Source: Massalongia carnosa (lineage: Eukaryota). From it: a stretch of DNA of 64,000 nt. The DNA lies in the NCBI GenBank assembly GCA_965645245.1, contig OZ287086.1:558001-622000 (forward strand). Direction: 5' to 3'. The first letter of the stretch is position 1; the number at the start of each line of letters is the position of its first letter. Position numbers and translations under genes: made by a program. Shown here piece after piece: positions 35,445-49,116 of this stretch. The notes beneath the pieces were generated by a model. That model saw nothing but the letters and a program-made list of their open reading frames with translations. It searched no databases and was not told the DNA's origin.

Positions 35445-38400
35445 AAACAGTCTCAATTGCAGACATCAGACCTCTTTCCATGTCGGTGACGATAACCGTC
35501 GGAGTAGGAAGCTCCAAATTCACATACAAAGCTTGCAATTGCTGCAGAACCCATGTATAATCAGAAGTCGTTTCTTTGGCCATGAAACAAAACGCCACAT
35601 AGAAGTTGGAATGTAATGCCGTCTGACCACTGATAATCAAAAGTGGCATTTTGTAGCGATTCGTTTTGTATGTGCAGTCCATCACCAACACCTCGTAATT
35701 GGTCTTCAGAATTCTTTGAGAACTGCCCTTTATGAAGAATAAATGACTGATCTGATTGAGATGATTCTTCTGCACATTGTATACCCAATCTCCTTGATCC
35801 AACTCGCGAATCAATGCCTGAACGGGAGTCAATGGACCGAGGGCTTCGCGACGTAGCTGCGCCTTGACATTGTAAATGTCTCGAGGTTTGAACATTGGAT
35901 TGACGATGACGGGATCTTCGGGATCTTCGTGATTGACTCCAGTCATCGGGTCAGGAATTCTGAGACTTGAAAGAATTCTAGAAGGTGCCGTCTGCACTGT
36001 CAGCGCTCGAGAGATCTCGCTCTTAACCTCTGATGTCATCGCCAGCTTCCTCAATGCAGGATGGGCGCCGGCAAGTGTGGCGGAATGATTATGTCCCGGT
36101 GTGATGACCTCCAAGAACCAAATTCCATTCTCATTTTCGCGCTTCGCAACGCAGGAAAAAGGGCACTCAATCCGTCTGCTGCTTGTATGTCGCCGATCCT
36201 GACCAGTCGGTCCATTGGATTTCCTGCCTCGGTCGCAGACCAGCCAAGCCTTTCTCGTCACCTTGAGTTTCGACTTCTTGGTCCGGCCCAAAACAACGGC
36301 ATATCCTTGACGGCCGGCATGCTCGTTGACGCGAAGAATGAGGTCTTCCAAACTTTCGAAGCTTTGTCCATCTTCAGGAGGAGCGAGTCCACCAGGTGGT
36401 AGAGAGGTCGACATCGGATAGATGAAGTTCAAGTGGCAGAAGAATTTCGTGTGCCAACATTCGAAAAAAGAAAAAATTTTCAGGTGCCAAAGAAATTGCC
36501 CCCTCACTACCCCGATGCAGGTAAGCGGTAGGGCATGACCCTTAATCTTTACCTATTCTAGGAGGGGGGTGTCTGAGTATCATCGGGGGGTGTCTAGGTA
36601 ACCCAGGGGAGTGTCTAGGTAACTAAAGGGGTGTCCATGTATCCGTACTCTTGATGAATGGAGAGCTGAACTCGAAGGAGCCGCATTTCCAATACAAGTA
36701 ATTTCCGATCATAAGAATCTGGAATATTTCATGACAACGAAGCAATTGAGTAGAAGGCAAGCACGCTGGTCCGAATATCTTTCTCGTTTTGATTTTTAGA
36801 CTGTGTACCGCCCAGGGAAGAGTGGCGGAAAGCCCGATGCCCTTACCAGAAGGTCTCAAGACCTACCTGAGGGGGGGTATGATCTACGAGTGAAGATTCA
36901 ACATCAAACGGTCTTGAAACTTCGAAATCTTGAACTTAGAGCGAACGGATTAGCAAAGGAATTTTCGGAAGAGAAAGATATTGAATCAGGTTCAGATCAA
37001 GAGGAAGTCAAGACCCTGGAAGAACTATGGCAGGAGGCTCTGAAAAATGAACCTTTCCCTATCAAGATACTGAACCTGGTGCGGTCAGGAGCAAGGCACT
37101 CCAAGGATATCTCGTTAGCGGAATGCACGGAAATCGACGGTCGATTACACTATCGAGAGAAAATGTTCGTTCCTGACTCTCATGCTTTGAAAATGAGGTT
37201 CTGCGAGTCTGTTCATGATAGTCCGGTGGCAGGTCACCCCGGCCGAGCCAAGACCTTTGATCTTTTACAGCGCCACTATTACTAGCATCGATTTTATCAG
37301 TTCGTAGCGAAGTATGTACAGCACTGTCAAGTATGCGCACGAAGCAAATCATCTCGTCAAGGGGAAATGGGAGTTCTCAGACCACTGCCCATTCCCGAGC
37401 GTCGCTGGCAAGATATTTCAATGGACTTTGTCACTGGACTGCCGGAAAGCAATGGATTCGACGCCATACTGGTCGTGATCGATCGTCTGTCGAAAAGACG
37501 TCACTTCTCTGCATGTCTCACCACAATCAATGCTCAAGAATTGGCTGAGCTCTTTCTTCGGGATAACTGGAAACTCTATGGACTACCAAGCACCATTGTA
37601 TCAGATCGAGGAGTGCTTTTCGTGGCGGAGTTTTGGAAAAAGCTGTGTCAAGGGTTGGGAATCAAGAGTCTTCTGTCGACAGCCTTCCATCCAGAAACAG
37701 ATGGGCAGACGGAGCGAGTAAATGCTTCCATGGAACAATACCTTCACAGTTACACGGATTATCTTCAGGATGACTGGGCAAATTGGTTGCCCATGGCGGA
37801 CTTTACAGGAAACAATGTCGTGTCCGAAACGACTGGGTGCAGCCCTTTTCTTGCGGAGATGGGATACCACCCGCGTATGGGCTTTGAATCAATGAAACCC
37901 TCCAGGTCCCCGGCCAGTTTGAACGCAGGGGAATTCGCCAAGAAAAGGCAAGATATCACGATCGTGCTGCAAGAGGATATGAGATTCGCGCAAGCACGAT
38001 ACGAAGCAGGGGCCAACGAACATCGCGTGCCAGCACCGGTTTATCAAGTAGGAGACGAAGTATGGCTAAGCACAAAAAACATACATACACAACGACCCGC
38101 TCGAAAGCTCGATTGGAAGAATCTAGGCCCATTCAAGATATCTAAGGTGGTAAGCAAGTATGCGTATCGACTCGATCTCCCCCATCGGCATGAAGATTCA
38201 TCCCGTGTTTCATGTATCTCTTCTCACGCCCGTGCCTCAAGATCCTCAACCTGATCAGGTTCTACCTCCTCCTCCACCAGTCGAAGTTGACGGCGAAGAG
38301 GAGTATGAAGTGGAGGATATCCTCGATTCCAAGAAGATACGGAATCGCTTGAAGTATCTGGTGCAGTTGGAACGACCCCACCTGGGAGTACGCAGAGTAC

Positions 38401-38789
38401 GTCATCAATGCCAACGAAAGAGTAGCAGACTTTCACCGAAGATATCCAGAAAAGCCCCGAAAACTCACACCAACCATGAAGCAATTATGCCTGCGTGGAA
38501 TCAGGCCTGAAGGAGGGAGCTACTGTCATGGTGCGAATAAGGATAATCTAGGAAAGGTAGTCACAAGAAGGTTGCTAAGCGATACCCCCGACATTTAGCG
38601 TCGCGGAGGTAACGCATTGGGTTTAGCGGGAAGCTAACCTCATCAAGGTTAGTAAAGGGGTCAAGGAGCTATAAGAAAATCTTTCTTCTTTGTGTTCGTC
38701 TTGTTTATTTAGCATAGGGGGTAGCTAGCCATCAAGACCATCATCACCACCACTTGGGTAGGCCTTCTATTGCCCACCTGTTACACATT

Positions 38790-40907
38790 GACTCGGAATA
38801 TCAATGCTTTAAAGGCTGAAACACACGGTTGCAATAAGTGAGTGGTATGTGATGATAATTCAAATGGAATAATGTTATGAGCGTCACAATACTCTAAAAA
38901 TTCACGAGTATGATGAGATCCATGTTCATCCATAATCAACAGTCTCCATACCCCCTTTCGAATGTTTTTATCGAAGTATTTAATCCATTGCAAGGCCAGC
39001 TAGTCGTTTGAATAACCTGATTCATTAGTAGTGTTAAGAACATTATCACTAAGATCGTTGAGGAGAAAGGGAGCAAGAATGCTGATACCAGTCAAAATCA
39101 GCATAAGTGGAATGTCTCGTCCAGTCCGATTAATACATTTTACTCCGGTCAGTGATTCTCTGTTTGATGGATCGTTATTATAGATCCTTCGGTCTTTTGA
39201 TGCACTGACTATCTAGTCATTACGTGCCATGCCAATGCGGTACTCGGTTTTATCAAAATTCCACTGATCTTGAGGATCTATGTCATACTTATCAATCAAC
39301 TTTGTATTCTGTAAAGTGAGCCATTAGCAACTCTAAATCATGCACATTTTTTCGCTCAACAGCTGGAGGCTTTCGTCGAACTTTGAATAAATCGGGCTAG
39401 CGATTTAACTATCTCTGGTCAAATGCGACCCGATCAAAGGAGGCGGTTCCGAAACAGGAGCTGTTTGACGAAGAATAGAAATTTGCTGCGATTTCCACCA
39501 TGTGCAATCGGGCAGGTATGTTCAAGGAGTCCAGTTTCTTGATATAATATATAGGGCCGACTCTTGATCAGGTTTCAGACGTCTAGTATGCAGTCCTCGT
39601 ATCTCTGATTTAGATGGGGCTCCATGAAATCGAGAATGAAGTCTTTCTCTAGGCACTTCAAATTCTCGTGCAATTGCTCGAAGTTTCGCGTTTTTCAGCG
39701 TGTTTTGTAATGGGCTACGAGACCAGTAAGCTAATCACGAGCGACACTGATCTCGAAAGGGGAAATGCTCAGCGTGAGAGGTAGAAGATAGCTACTACGT
39801 GCTGATCTCCGAGAGTATACGTGATCCAAAGAAATAATGGATGAGGAAGTGATTAGACCAAGAGATCTCGTCCGAGACCCAAACGTAGGTTGTTCATAGA
39901 ATAAAGACTAATTTCTAACGAATACTACAGGATTCGTTCTGGTATTTATCCTACTCACCCTAAGCCTATAGCTTCGGGAGCCTTGGAACCTTAGGAGCCT
40001 TGCAACCCACATCTGACCTTATCGCCTTACATCCAATCATCCCTCAGGATCCATCTACGAACTCGGCTTTCGCTGGATCATATAGTCAGCCTCGAGCAGC
40101 CTTCTAGATCTTCCCTTGCAAGGAAGAACACTTCTACCTCCGGCTAGATCCCTTACTACATTGCTAGCCTGCCTCTAAATATAAAGTCTAGACGCCGAGG
40201 CTATGTAGCTTTATTTCGCCGTCACCACTACCAACGTAGCGATAGAAGGTTACCTCCGACTGAATCTCTATCTACACTGCGGACCTACCTCTAGACACAA
40301 GGTCTAGAGCACAAGGTCATGTAGGTTCATTAATCCGACATCACTACCAGCGTAGCAATAAAGGTTGAAGCTGAAGTTTACACCGGGGAGGCCGAGCTCA
40401 AGCTGCGTCCAGCTAGCCGTGCCTCCTGTTACAACTCTTGATCCATCAATAGATCGAGTAGCTCCGAGTAGGCCAGTAGATTCCATATAGAGTTCACGGC
40501 TAGTCTCCACAGGATTTCGCCTTACTCCATGGCAATCTACCACCACGGCCTCGACAGGTTTTTGATCTGTAAGTAGTCTAGAACGTAGTAACAACTAATT
40601 CGGAGTTGTGTGGCAAGGGGGCGTCGTGCCAGCCTCGACGGCTATGCGACTAAGTACTACGGCCTGGCTCATACTAGTTAATCCCGCAACCGCCGTAGGC
40701 GATCACGTATCCCTCTAGCGCCATCCGTATTACATGTTTAAAGCGTCAATAGCCTTCGTAATGCGACTTTCGATTCCGGTTTATAATTCAGGCATGGTAG
40801 TGATGGATGATAAATTGTTGAAAGGTGAATAGCTGAAATTTGACGATTTGGGTTGTATGGCTGGCTAGCACTAAGCGAGGCGACCCGAGCGATGTGGGTG
40901 GCACGGA
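38790..40907 (-). pseudogene. Degenerate pogo/Fot1 transposon split by a 1-kb LTR
   Basis: Motifs WRLLIMDEHGSH, HTTHLLQP and WNFDKT, plus an N-terminal HTH. Terminus GTGGGTGGCACGGA-TA. Confidence 0.82.
39706..40734. mobile_element. Long solo LTR (1,029 bp)
   Basis: TGTAAT...ATTACA ends and TGTTT TSD. Three more copies occur at 60-64 kb. Confidence 0.88.
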
Positions 40908-41221
40908 TAATACCCTTCGGTTTATGTAATGCTCCGGGAACCTTTCAGAGCTTTATAAACGATACCGTTCGAGAATATCTGGACGTCTTTTGCACGGCAT
41001 ATTTAGACGACGTCTTTATTTATAGCGGAAATAAAGAGGAACATTCGGGACAAGGTTTAACGGTTCTAAAGAGACTGCAAGAACGAGAACTTCAAGTCGA
41101 CATCGACCAAGGTGAATTCTTAGCGACGGAAGTAAAGTATCTCGGACTGATAGTCACCAACGATGGAAAAGAAATAGATCCAGAAAAAATAGAAGCGGTT
41201 TTAAATAGGCAACAGCAGAAT

Positions 41222-43109
41222 TGTTACAGCGGTACGAAGGATGACGCTGAAAGTCCTTGCTAACGCTAAATATGCAGCTAAAAAAGCCACTTTACATGGG
41301 TATATTTGCATGGATAGATATTTATTACATATCAATCAATCGAATAATCGCATGAAGCTATTTAGAGTTACCACCTCTATCATCTTTATCACTCACTTTC
41401 ATCGCTGTCAGTGCTTTCTTTGAGATGAGCGCGATGATATCGAAACCGGCGATCTTCTTTATTATACGGTCGTACGACTCCGATCTCTCTACCTTCTCTA
41501 TACTCGTTACCTCCGTCCAACAATATCACCTCGTCAACATGTCGCTTTATACGTTCAATCCAGGACTGAATTCTTTTCTGCCTCAACTCCTCCGTCTAGC
41601 ACTTTGTCCAGGCCTTTTCAGCCTCAATACGAGTCCGCGGAGCACCTAATCGAGTAGTTCTTCGCTTCATCCAGAACCAATAAGGCTTGATCATGTTCAA
41701 ATCAGGAGAATTTCCAGGCCATAACAGACGCATGACGTTGAAATCCATAAAGATCAGGTTTTGATTTTTGGATGCGTGACTGGGGGCCTTGTCTTCCTGT
41801 ACGATAGTGTTTTGTCGATCTATTATACATTCTTTTGCAAACGGAAGAAGCTTAGGAATTAAGACGAGTTTTTGATAACGATACCAGTCCACACCTCCCT
41901 TGCCATCTCGAACGACTTTACCGTGTGTTTTATCCCATTTCCAGATAGGTTTTCGACCTCCTGGATTACGTAGCTTCATTCGTCTCATGCTGGTTTCTAA
42001 CTCCCAATTCTCTTTAGCTTCTGATTCTAAAGTCTCATTGAGTTTATCTAACTCAATTTGAACCTCTCTTTTCTCTTTTGCAGTCTCTGTTTTCCAGATA
42101 TGAAAAGGTCCTTTCTTATCGTACGAAAAACATCCTCGGAACAAAAACTCGTAGCATCCTTTCCATCTACGTCGAATACAAGTTTTACCATATATTTCTT
42201 TCGAGGTACGCCACTGAAGTCTTCTTCCACGTCTAGAACCCAATATAATGCTTGTTTCGTCAGTCCATATAACGTTCTTCCAATCATCAATAGTCCAGTG
42301 CTAATATCGCAAACAACTGCAGACGAGCCTCTTTCATGATCGAATCTAGACCTGACTTTTTCGTGCTTTTGCAGGGGCGAAACCCATTCTGTTTAAGCGT
42401 ACGAAGTATAGAGTAGAGGAGAGTTTATAATCAAAGCAAATCATAGCTGATGATTTTTCTCTGCTATTACGATCTTGCACTACATTATTCAATATAGCTT
42501 GCTCTACCTCCGGTGCAACCTTTTCAGGTCGTCCTGAACGAGGTGCATCTTCTATGTATTCTACTTTTAAAACACGAGATACAACTGGTTCATATCCACG
42601 CTGTCGTGCTTTGATTTTGAGAGCTGAAATCGATCTTGTGGAGACTCCAGTCACTTCTTGTACGATTTTCGCCGCAATTCCGTGTTCTACAAGCGCTAAA
42701 GCCTATATTCTTTGTGCAATCGTGAGACTATTGCTCTGTGCATTGGGCATGATAATGATGATGATTAAAACCTTCTACTGAATATCAGATGTAGTAGTAC
42801 TGTCTTTTTGACGAAGAGAACAGAAGCAATTCGAGATTTTCTAGACTATTTTAGTACTGTATTCCCGTTGTAAGCTAATAAACACTAATGCACGTCTCAT
42901 GTACGCTAGCAAGGACTTTCAGCGTCATCCTTCGTACTCAGTACTGCTTGCCAGCGGGCGCAATACCTAAGCGCCTAAGTAGGTACGGTAACGTACCGGG
43001 CGCGGGGAACCTATATGTAGTGTAATAAGCGGTAGTGTCTCCATAGGAGAACTACCTTAGTAGCCTTTTGGCGCAATAGCTTAGGTGACTTATTACCACC
43101 CCTGTTACA
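41222..43109. mobile_element. Solo LTR (~186 bp net) containing a Tc1 element
   Basis: TGTTAC...GTTACA ends and AGAAT TSD. Confidence 0.85.
41235..42934 (-). mobile_element. Tc1/mariner transposon (1,700 bp) with degenerate transposase
   Basis: ~30-bp TIR CGAAGGATGACGCTGAAAGTCCTTGCTA and TA TSD. Motifs WTDET, QEDKAPSH and WPGNSPDLNMI. Confidence 0.93.
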
Positions 43110-44143
43110 AGAATCCGTAAAAGACGTACAAGAATTCTTAGGTTTTGCGAATTTCTATCGGGGATATATATCAAGATTCTCGCAAAGAACAAGATCATTA
43201 ACTGAACTAACCAAAGGCGAGCAAATAATCTCAAAGTCGGGAAAGAAACGAACCAAGTATAATACATTTATTTGGTCCGAGGACTGTCAGAAAGCCCTTG
43301 AGGATTTGAAGGAGGCATTCACTACAGCACCAGTGTTAGCACATTATGACCCTGCTTTAGAGACCTGGGTAGAGACGGATTCCTCAGATTTCGTCAGCGC
43401 CGGGGTCCTCTCTCAGATGTACGATGGAGCATTGAAACCGGTGGCTTACTTCTCTAAAAAGATGACACCTGCCGAGTGTAATTATATGATATACGACAAA
43501 GAACTCTTATCCATTGTAAAAAGCTTTGAGGTCTGGCGGATCCGAGATTGCTAGTGCAGCCCCAGATAAACCAGTAAAGGTTTATACGGATCATAAGAAC
43601 TTGGAATACTTCATGACAACAAAGCAACTGAACCGCAGGCAAGCCAGATGGGCGTAATTCCTATCGGAATTCAATTTCAAGATCACGTATCGGCCAGGAA
43701 AACAAGGTGAGAAACCAGAGACACCTACCCGCCGGTCTCAAGATCTTCTAAAGGGATTGGATGATAGTCGTCAGCAATATCAATTTCAAAAATTGTTACA
43801 AGAACATCAATTAGACGACGACGTACGAAAAGCGTTATTCGTAGTTTTTTATACAAATACAGCAAAAACCATTATCAACGACGAGAACGAAGATCAAGAA
43901 AATCAAAGCGTAACCAGCGAAGAGGAAATCTCAAAAAGGACAGAGAGGGCCGACAATGAACAAGAACTCGTCGCAAATGAAGGCAAAGAGATAGAAGAAA
44001 AATCTCTAGAAGAATATATAGAAGAAGCTTATGAAAAAGCCGAAATAGCCCAAGACATAATATTAGCAAAAAGAAAAGAATTAAGAAAACTACTACTAAA
44101 CCTCATAAAAAGAGGGATAATACTAGCGATGGGAGACCTTAAT

Positions 44144-44442
44144 TGCGAGGCGAAGAACGAACAGTGTGACTATATGGCTCTACAGTAGTGGTACGACAAT
44201 AGAATAGGAGTCGCTATGGAATAGCAGTAGGTGGTGTATAAACAATAGATTGATCAGTGGCCCTCCGAAAGAAGTGGGCGAAGGGCTCTTTATCCTATAG
44301 CCCCAACTTGATCAGGCCACGTTCGTCGAACTAATTACTATTACATGATTGGACCGGTTGAGACTATCACATGGGTATCTTCCCGCGCACCCCCTGCAGA
44401 AGTGTGCAACCGTTTCCTGTCTTGTAGAAAGCTATCCTGATA
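44144..44442 (-). mobile_element. Older solo LTR (299 bp)
   Basis: Imperfect TSD TTAAT/TTAAA. Removal restores Gypsy GDLKLED. Related to 57771-58060. Confidence 0.7.
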
Positions 44443-44958
44443 TTAAACTTGAAGATCACATACTATATGTCAAGGGAAGATTATATATCCCGAACCATAA
44501 GCCCTTATAGTTTTATCTTTTAAAGAAACATCACAAACCGTCCTTACAAGGTCATCCAGGATATAAAAACATGTATCAAATCATGAGAGAAAACTACTTC
44601 TGGTTTGAAATGAAAGATCATTGCAAACGATATGCGGTGAACTACTCTGTCTGCCGAAGGTCTAAAGTGTATAACGATAAAAAGTAAGGTTTATTAAATC
44701 CTCTTCCTACACCGAACAGAAAATAGACAGATGTTTCATTAGACTTTGTCGAATTCCTTACCGAATGCCGCAGACGAAATAGAGTATATCAGCACATATT
44801 AGTAGTCATATATCGTTTGACAAAAAGACATTTATCCAAACCTTTAACATCTCTTTCTACGGACGAATTAATGGATGCTATTGCTCGAAGATTATTCTCA
44901 TCTTATAGGTTTTCTATATCCACGGTTAATGATAGAGGAAGTCAATTAACAGCAAATT

Positions 44959-47004
44959 TGTAACGGTTCGACTAAGCGTGGTGCGGACAGCAGGACCTGC
45001 AGCGAACATAGCAGGAGTCCCAGTTATAGTAGAATAGAGCTTGGTCTGCGGACTAAGTATTATACCTTTCGGTCGGGAAGGACAGGTGGCGCAATGGTAC
45101 GGAGGCGAATCTCAAATGTAATGATAATACGCTAAAGACTAGAGCTGTAATTTAGATTTTCCATACCGAGCCTGAAATTCTACCAACTATCTACAAATGC
45201 CATTACTAACAATCTAATCAACGTCTTTTTGCTCTGAAACTGGCTGCAGTACGAATAACCTTCTGAATGCGTGGGGGAAGGTGATTTTTCGGAGATAAAA
45301 CGGCTCTTTTTCTCAATAAGGGGGGTGTCAATGGCTTCTGTGTAGGGGGTTCAGGGGTAACTGCCCTGACATTCATCGGGCTGGGTGTATCATCATTTGA
45401 TTGTCTGGATGATGGTCTCGTTGACGCCACAACAGAAGAAGAAGAAGAAGAAGAAGCAGAAGCTGGTTTTGCTGTATTACTGAGCAATTCTTCCCTCAGC
45501 TGTTGAAGTCGCATTTTTCCTTCTTTGGTCCGTCCATCAACGTCTAAACGTCCTTCGCAATACTCATTTCCATCTTCCAATTCAATGACTTTTGCAATGT
45601 GACGTGGAATTCTTTCAATCCATGCCTGAATATTCTCCTGAGGTAGATCGTCCCAAGTACGATGCCACATAGATTCAGCAATTAACCAAGAACTGGGAGG
45701 ACCTTTGGCAGTTGTACGTCGCTTCATCCAGGGCCAGCAGGGTTCAATCATGTTGAGATCAGGAGAATTTCCGGGCCATAAAAGACGCTCGATGCCATGA
45801 CGAGAGAAGATGGGAATCTGATGCTTGGAAGCATGAGACGGAGCCTTATCTTCCTGTACGATCATTTCAGACGATCCGGCTTCTCTTCTTTTTGCATTGC
45901 ATTGCTGAGCAAAAGGAATCAGTTTTGGCAGAAGTAAAACGTTTTGATATCGCCACCAATCAATGCCTCCTTTACCTTCTTTTCTGATCATCTTTCCATG
46001 TTCCTCATCCCATTTCCATTGCTGCTTTTTTCCTGGTAAACTGCGAGTTGAAAGACGTCTCATTCCATTGGTCAGCTCCCAATTTAATCTCTCACTTGCT
46101 TCCAATGCAGCATTCATCTCGTAAATCTTGGTTTTGGCTTCCGCTTTTTCCGCTTTTGTCTCCGGTTTCCAGCAATGACGTGGCCCCATCCAATCGTAGG
46201 AAAAGCATCCCCAAAACATGAATTCATGAGCCCCATGCCATCTGGCACGTACGGTGAATTCGACTGGTCTTCTTCTTCCTTGGTTGTACGCCAAATTTTG
46301 ACAGCTCCGCGACGGTGACCAAGCAATATTGCTGTTTCATCTGACCAAATAACGCGCTTCCAATCCTCCACGGTCTAGTCTTTATACAGGAGACAAAAAG
46401 CCAGTCTAGCCGCTTTCATTTCAGGAGTAAGCCCTGGTCTATACGACGGTTTGACTTTTTAATAGCCTCTTTGTTTCAGGATTCTCCACACGGTACATCT
46501 GGACAGTCCAACTTCTCTTGCCAACTGGGCACTGGTTTTTTCACGGGCGTATCTGTCTTTTATGACTAGATCAATGACTTCATCTTCTTTCTCAGTAGTA
46601 GCCTTTCTCGGTCGACCAGATTTTTCTTCATGACGGGCGTATTTATTAAGCACCTGCAAAGAAATTGCGGGATCAAATCCTCGATCCCTGGCAATGCGAC
46701 GAATACGATAAATGTTGGGGACAGAATAACCTGTAGTAGCTGCAATAAATTCAATTGAGACCGGGGTGCAATAAGACAACGTCAAGACCTGAGCCCGCTA
46801 AGAAATATCAGTTGATTTATTGACCATGATGATGATTTGATCAAATGTTGGTTCGTAAATGATTTGGGATGAGAAAAGGGGAAAGAAAAGGGGAAATTTT
46901 GCTCGGTACGGAAAACTTAAATTACGGCACTAGCTTTTAGCGTATTATCATCACTTTTGAGATTCGCCTCTGTAGAAATCTATTTACTATCTCGCTTCGT
47001 TACA
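44959..47004. mobile_element. 170-bp-family LTR split by a Tc1; no TSD
   Basis: 44959-45099 plus 46975-47004 reconstitute the 6815-6984 LTR. Confidence 0.85.
45100..46972 (-). mobile_element. Tc1/mariner transposon
   Basis: Imperfect TIRs CGGAGGCGAATCTCAAA / TTTGAGATTCGCCTCTG and TA TSD. Motifs WSDET, QEDKAPSH and NSPDLNMIEPCW, with stops and a frameshift. Confidence 0.92.
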
Positions 47005-47652
47005 ACACTTTGAATCGTAGCGATGACTTCTTCTAAAACGAAGTCATCGCTACGATTCAACCAGGACTTCACAACGCGCTCTGATATAGAATCTATATAA
47101 ACTTAATGTGTTATCATGCCATTGCTGTTGCCCGGTACGTTATAAAAGTAGATTTCTGACTTGAAATTGAATCCTACCGCCGCCCATGCAGGCTTGCGTT
47201 TTCTATCTTTTTCAGGCGGTATATCGCGATATTGGATGCAGTCCCATCTATATCGTGTACCGGGCTGTCTAATAAGTCGTAATTGACCCTCAGGACTATA
47301 TCCGAAGTGCACTTCGTCACTGAATCGTACGCGATGCCAGTCTTCAGGCTTTAAATATCTACAATACATCAGGGAAGCGTATTCCACCCGTCTCTGACAG
47401 CTATGCTTTGACACAGGCTAGAAATTTCTCATAATTCAAAGCAGTTTTGAGCGTGCGTTGCATTTTACGTCCAGAAATTTTGGCTCCCACATTTGTGGCC
47501 AACTGACTCCATGTATAACGTTTTCCTTCCAGTTGTAATCCGTTATTCTGCAAAAAATTGATCTGATTCTCGTACTTACTCGCTAGTAAGCTTGCAATGG
47601 CGGCCTCGTGTCTCGTTTAAATCGTCGATTTTGTGACCTCTTCATGTAGATG

Positions 47653-49116
47653 TATTGAAATAGGTGTATGATGATGATTATGATTATGATTCTTATTCCG
47701 ATGTGGTACCGGCCGAAGGCCGACCCATGCGGGCGAGTCTATCTAGTTTTATAGTACATGGAAAACCTTTTGAGGAAGAAAAACCATGCAATCATGTGTT
47801 CGGCCGAGGACCCTCCGGGTCCCTGCCGTGTGCTCCATGAAAAAACAGTTGACCTAAGACAAGTATGAAAAATGAAACAAAGCATGCCTACTGTTAGCAG
47901 TATAGATGCTGTGCTGTCAGCGAAAATTGTGACAATAAACCTGTCTTCATAAGCCACTTTATGATTAATTTAATTGCTTTAGATGACTCAGTGATTAATC
48001 GATAGTTGTTTGTGCCTATCGTATTTAGCAGAGTTTTTCTGTTGTCGTTGAGTTTGCAAAACATGATCACATGTTTTGCAATCTGTTTGTGCCAGCCACA
48101 TGAGTAGTTCGGGAACGAGACTTCTGGGACTCGTTGTCTATGTAGGAAGGTGGCTAGGCCTATCTTTTCTGAGCGTATCTGAATAGCTAGCGCGCTCTCC
48201 GCTTTGGCTAGAGTTTCGTGCAATTTGATGCGTTTTTTGGAGAGTGAACCTGATTGTGCCGGGGTGGGAACGGGTGTGCGTTCCTGATATGATCTCCACG
48301 AGGCCTGCCATGCAAATGTGTGTAGTTTTTTTATTTGAGCAGTTATTTTGTTATGAGCGGCGCGTGCCTCCCCTATTTCTAGGGCGAGATTCGGGGGGGA
48401 TTCGGCCTATGGTAGATTTGGTGTCGGTGTTGGAGGGTTATGTGCCTCCGATGTAATTCTCTTGGCCCAGGCGTATTTCAGTGATCCATGAGTGATGACT
48501 GGGGCCCTCTTGCGTCCTGCCCGACCTCGAAGTTTATTGGCGATTTTGTTGCATGCATTTGTTATGAAACTCTTTTGACTATTTCGATACAGACGTTGTC
48601 TGGTCTGGGCCTGTAGATGATCTAAATGATTATGAATTGAGGCCATAAATGTCTCTGCTTGTAGTACAGCTATGGGCGTTGCTTTAAAGGCTCCTGCTAT
48701 GTTTCTTAGACATTTCTTATATATGACAGCTAGTTTGTTTGAGATGACGTTTGATTTTTGAATTTCTTTTGGCATGTGCCAAATAGTAGAGCCGTACGTC
48801 ATGGCCGGCCGGACTACGGCGGTGTAAACCTGGCGTGCCTTTAGAAGAGTTGCGCCCCATTGAAATAGGTATATAATTATGACTATATGGCTATATAATA
48901 AATAACAAAATGTATGACTCTGATGTATAAGATTAAGAGTTGCTATAAAGCAGTCTTCTCCATTTATATGGTCACCCTCTACTAAGCGAAGTAATAATAG
49001 TTTATCCGAGCCAAGGATGCTTAAGACACCGCTAAAGGTCTTAAGTAACCGATACTGTTAGACTTGATCTGATCTAATCTAACCTGTTATGCTGGGTAGA
49101 AGTTGAACATTTAACA
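47653..49116. mobile_element. Degenerate solo LTR carrying a LINE insertion
   Basis: Begins like the 58711 LTR (TTGAAATAGGTATA...). Imperfect TSD AGATG/AGATA. Confidence 0.6.
47666..48858 (-). mobile_element. 5'-truncated Tad1-like LINE
   Basis: RT thumb region YTAVVRPAMTYGSTIW, C-terminal CGWHKQIAKHVIMFC finger, (ATC/ATAATC)n tail and 12-bp TSD ATTGAAATAGGT. Confidence 0.88.

Larger units (their letters stand above)
29031..36414 (-). pseudogene. MULE transposase (FAR1-like N-terminus, MULE DDE, SWIM finger) interrupted by a Copia
   Basis: Motifs MDCTYKTNRYKMPL, VTDMERGL, LCLWHI, TTSRGEGGH and CTQTFTLTTGLPCSH. Predicted intron 29546-29494. Confidence 0.9.
28761..36650 (-). mobile_element. 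MULE/Mutator DNA transposon with ~200-bp TIRs
   Basis: TIR GAGTACGGATACATGG.../...CCATGTATCCGTACTC and 8-bp TSD TTGATGAA. Removing it restores Gypsy [12 protein letters not shown]. Confidence 0.95.
25244..38785 (+). mobile_element. Ty3/Gypsy chromovirus, split by a MULE; 5' LTR truncated (25244-25348), 3' LTR 38524-38785
   Basis: gag (GLCRYCG), protease (ALIDCGAS), RT (YIDDILI), RNase H and integrase (HPETDGQTER, GPF) and chromodomain (EYEVEDILD). Purine tract before TGTCA...TTACA. Several frameshifts. Confidence 0.93.
40910..44958 (+). pseudogene. Degenerate Ty3/Gypsy pol (RT, RNase H, integrase) with nested insertions
   Basis: Motifs PFGLCNAPGTFQ, YLDDV, VETDSS, NYMIYDKELL and GHPG. Many stops. 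Confidence 0.88.
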
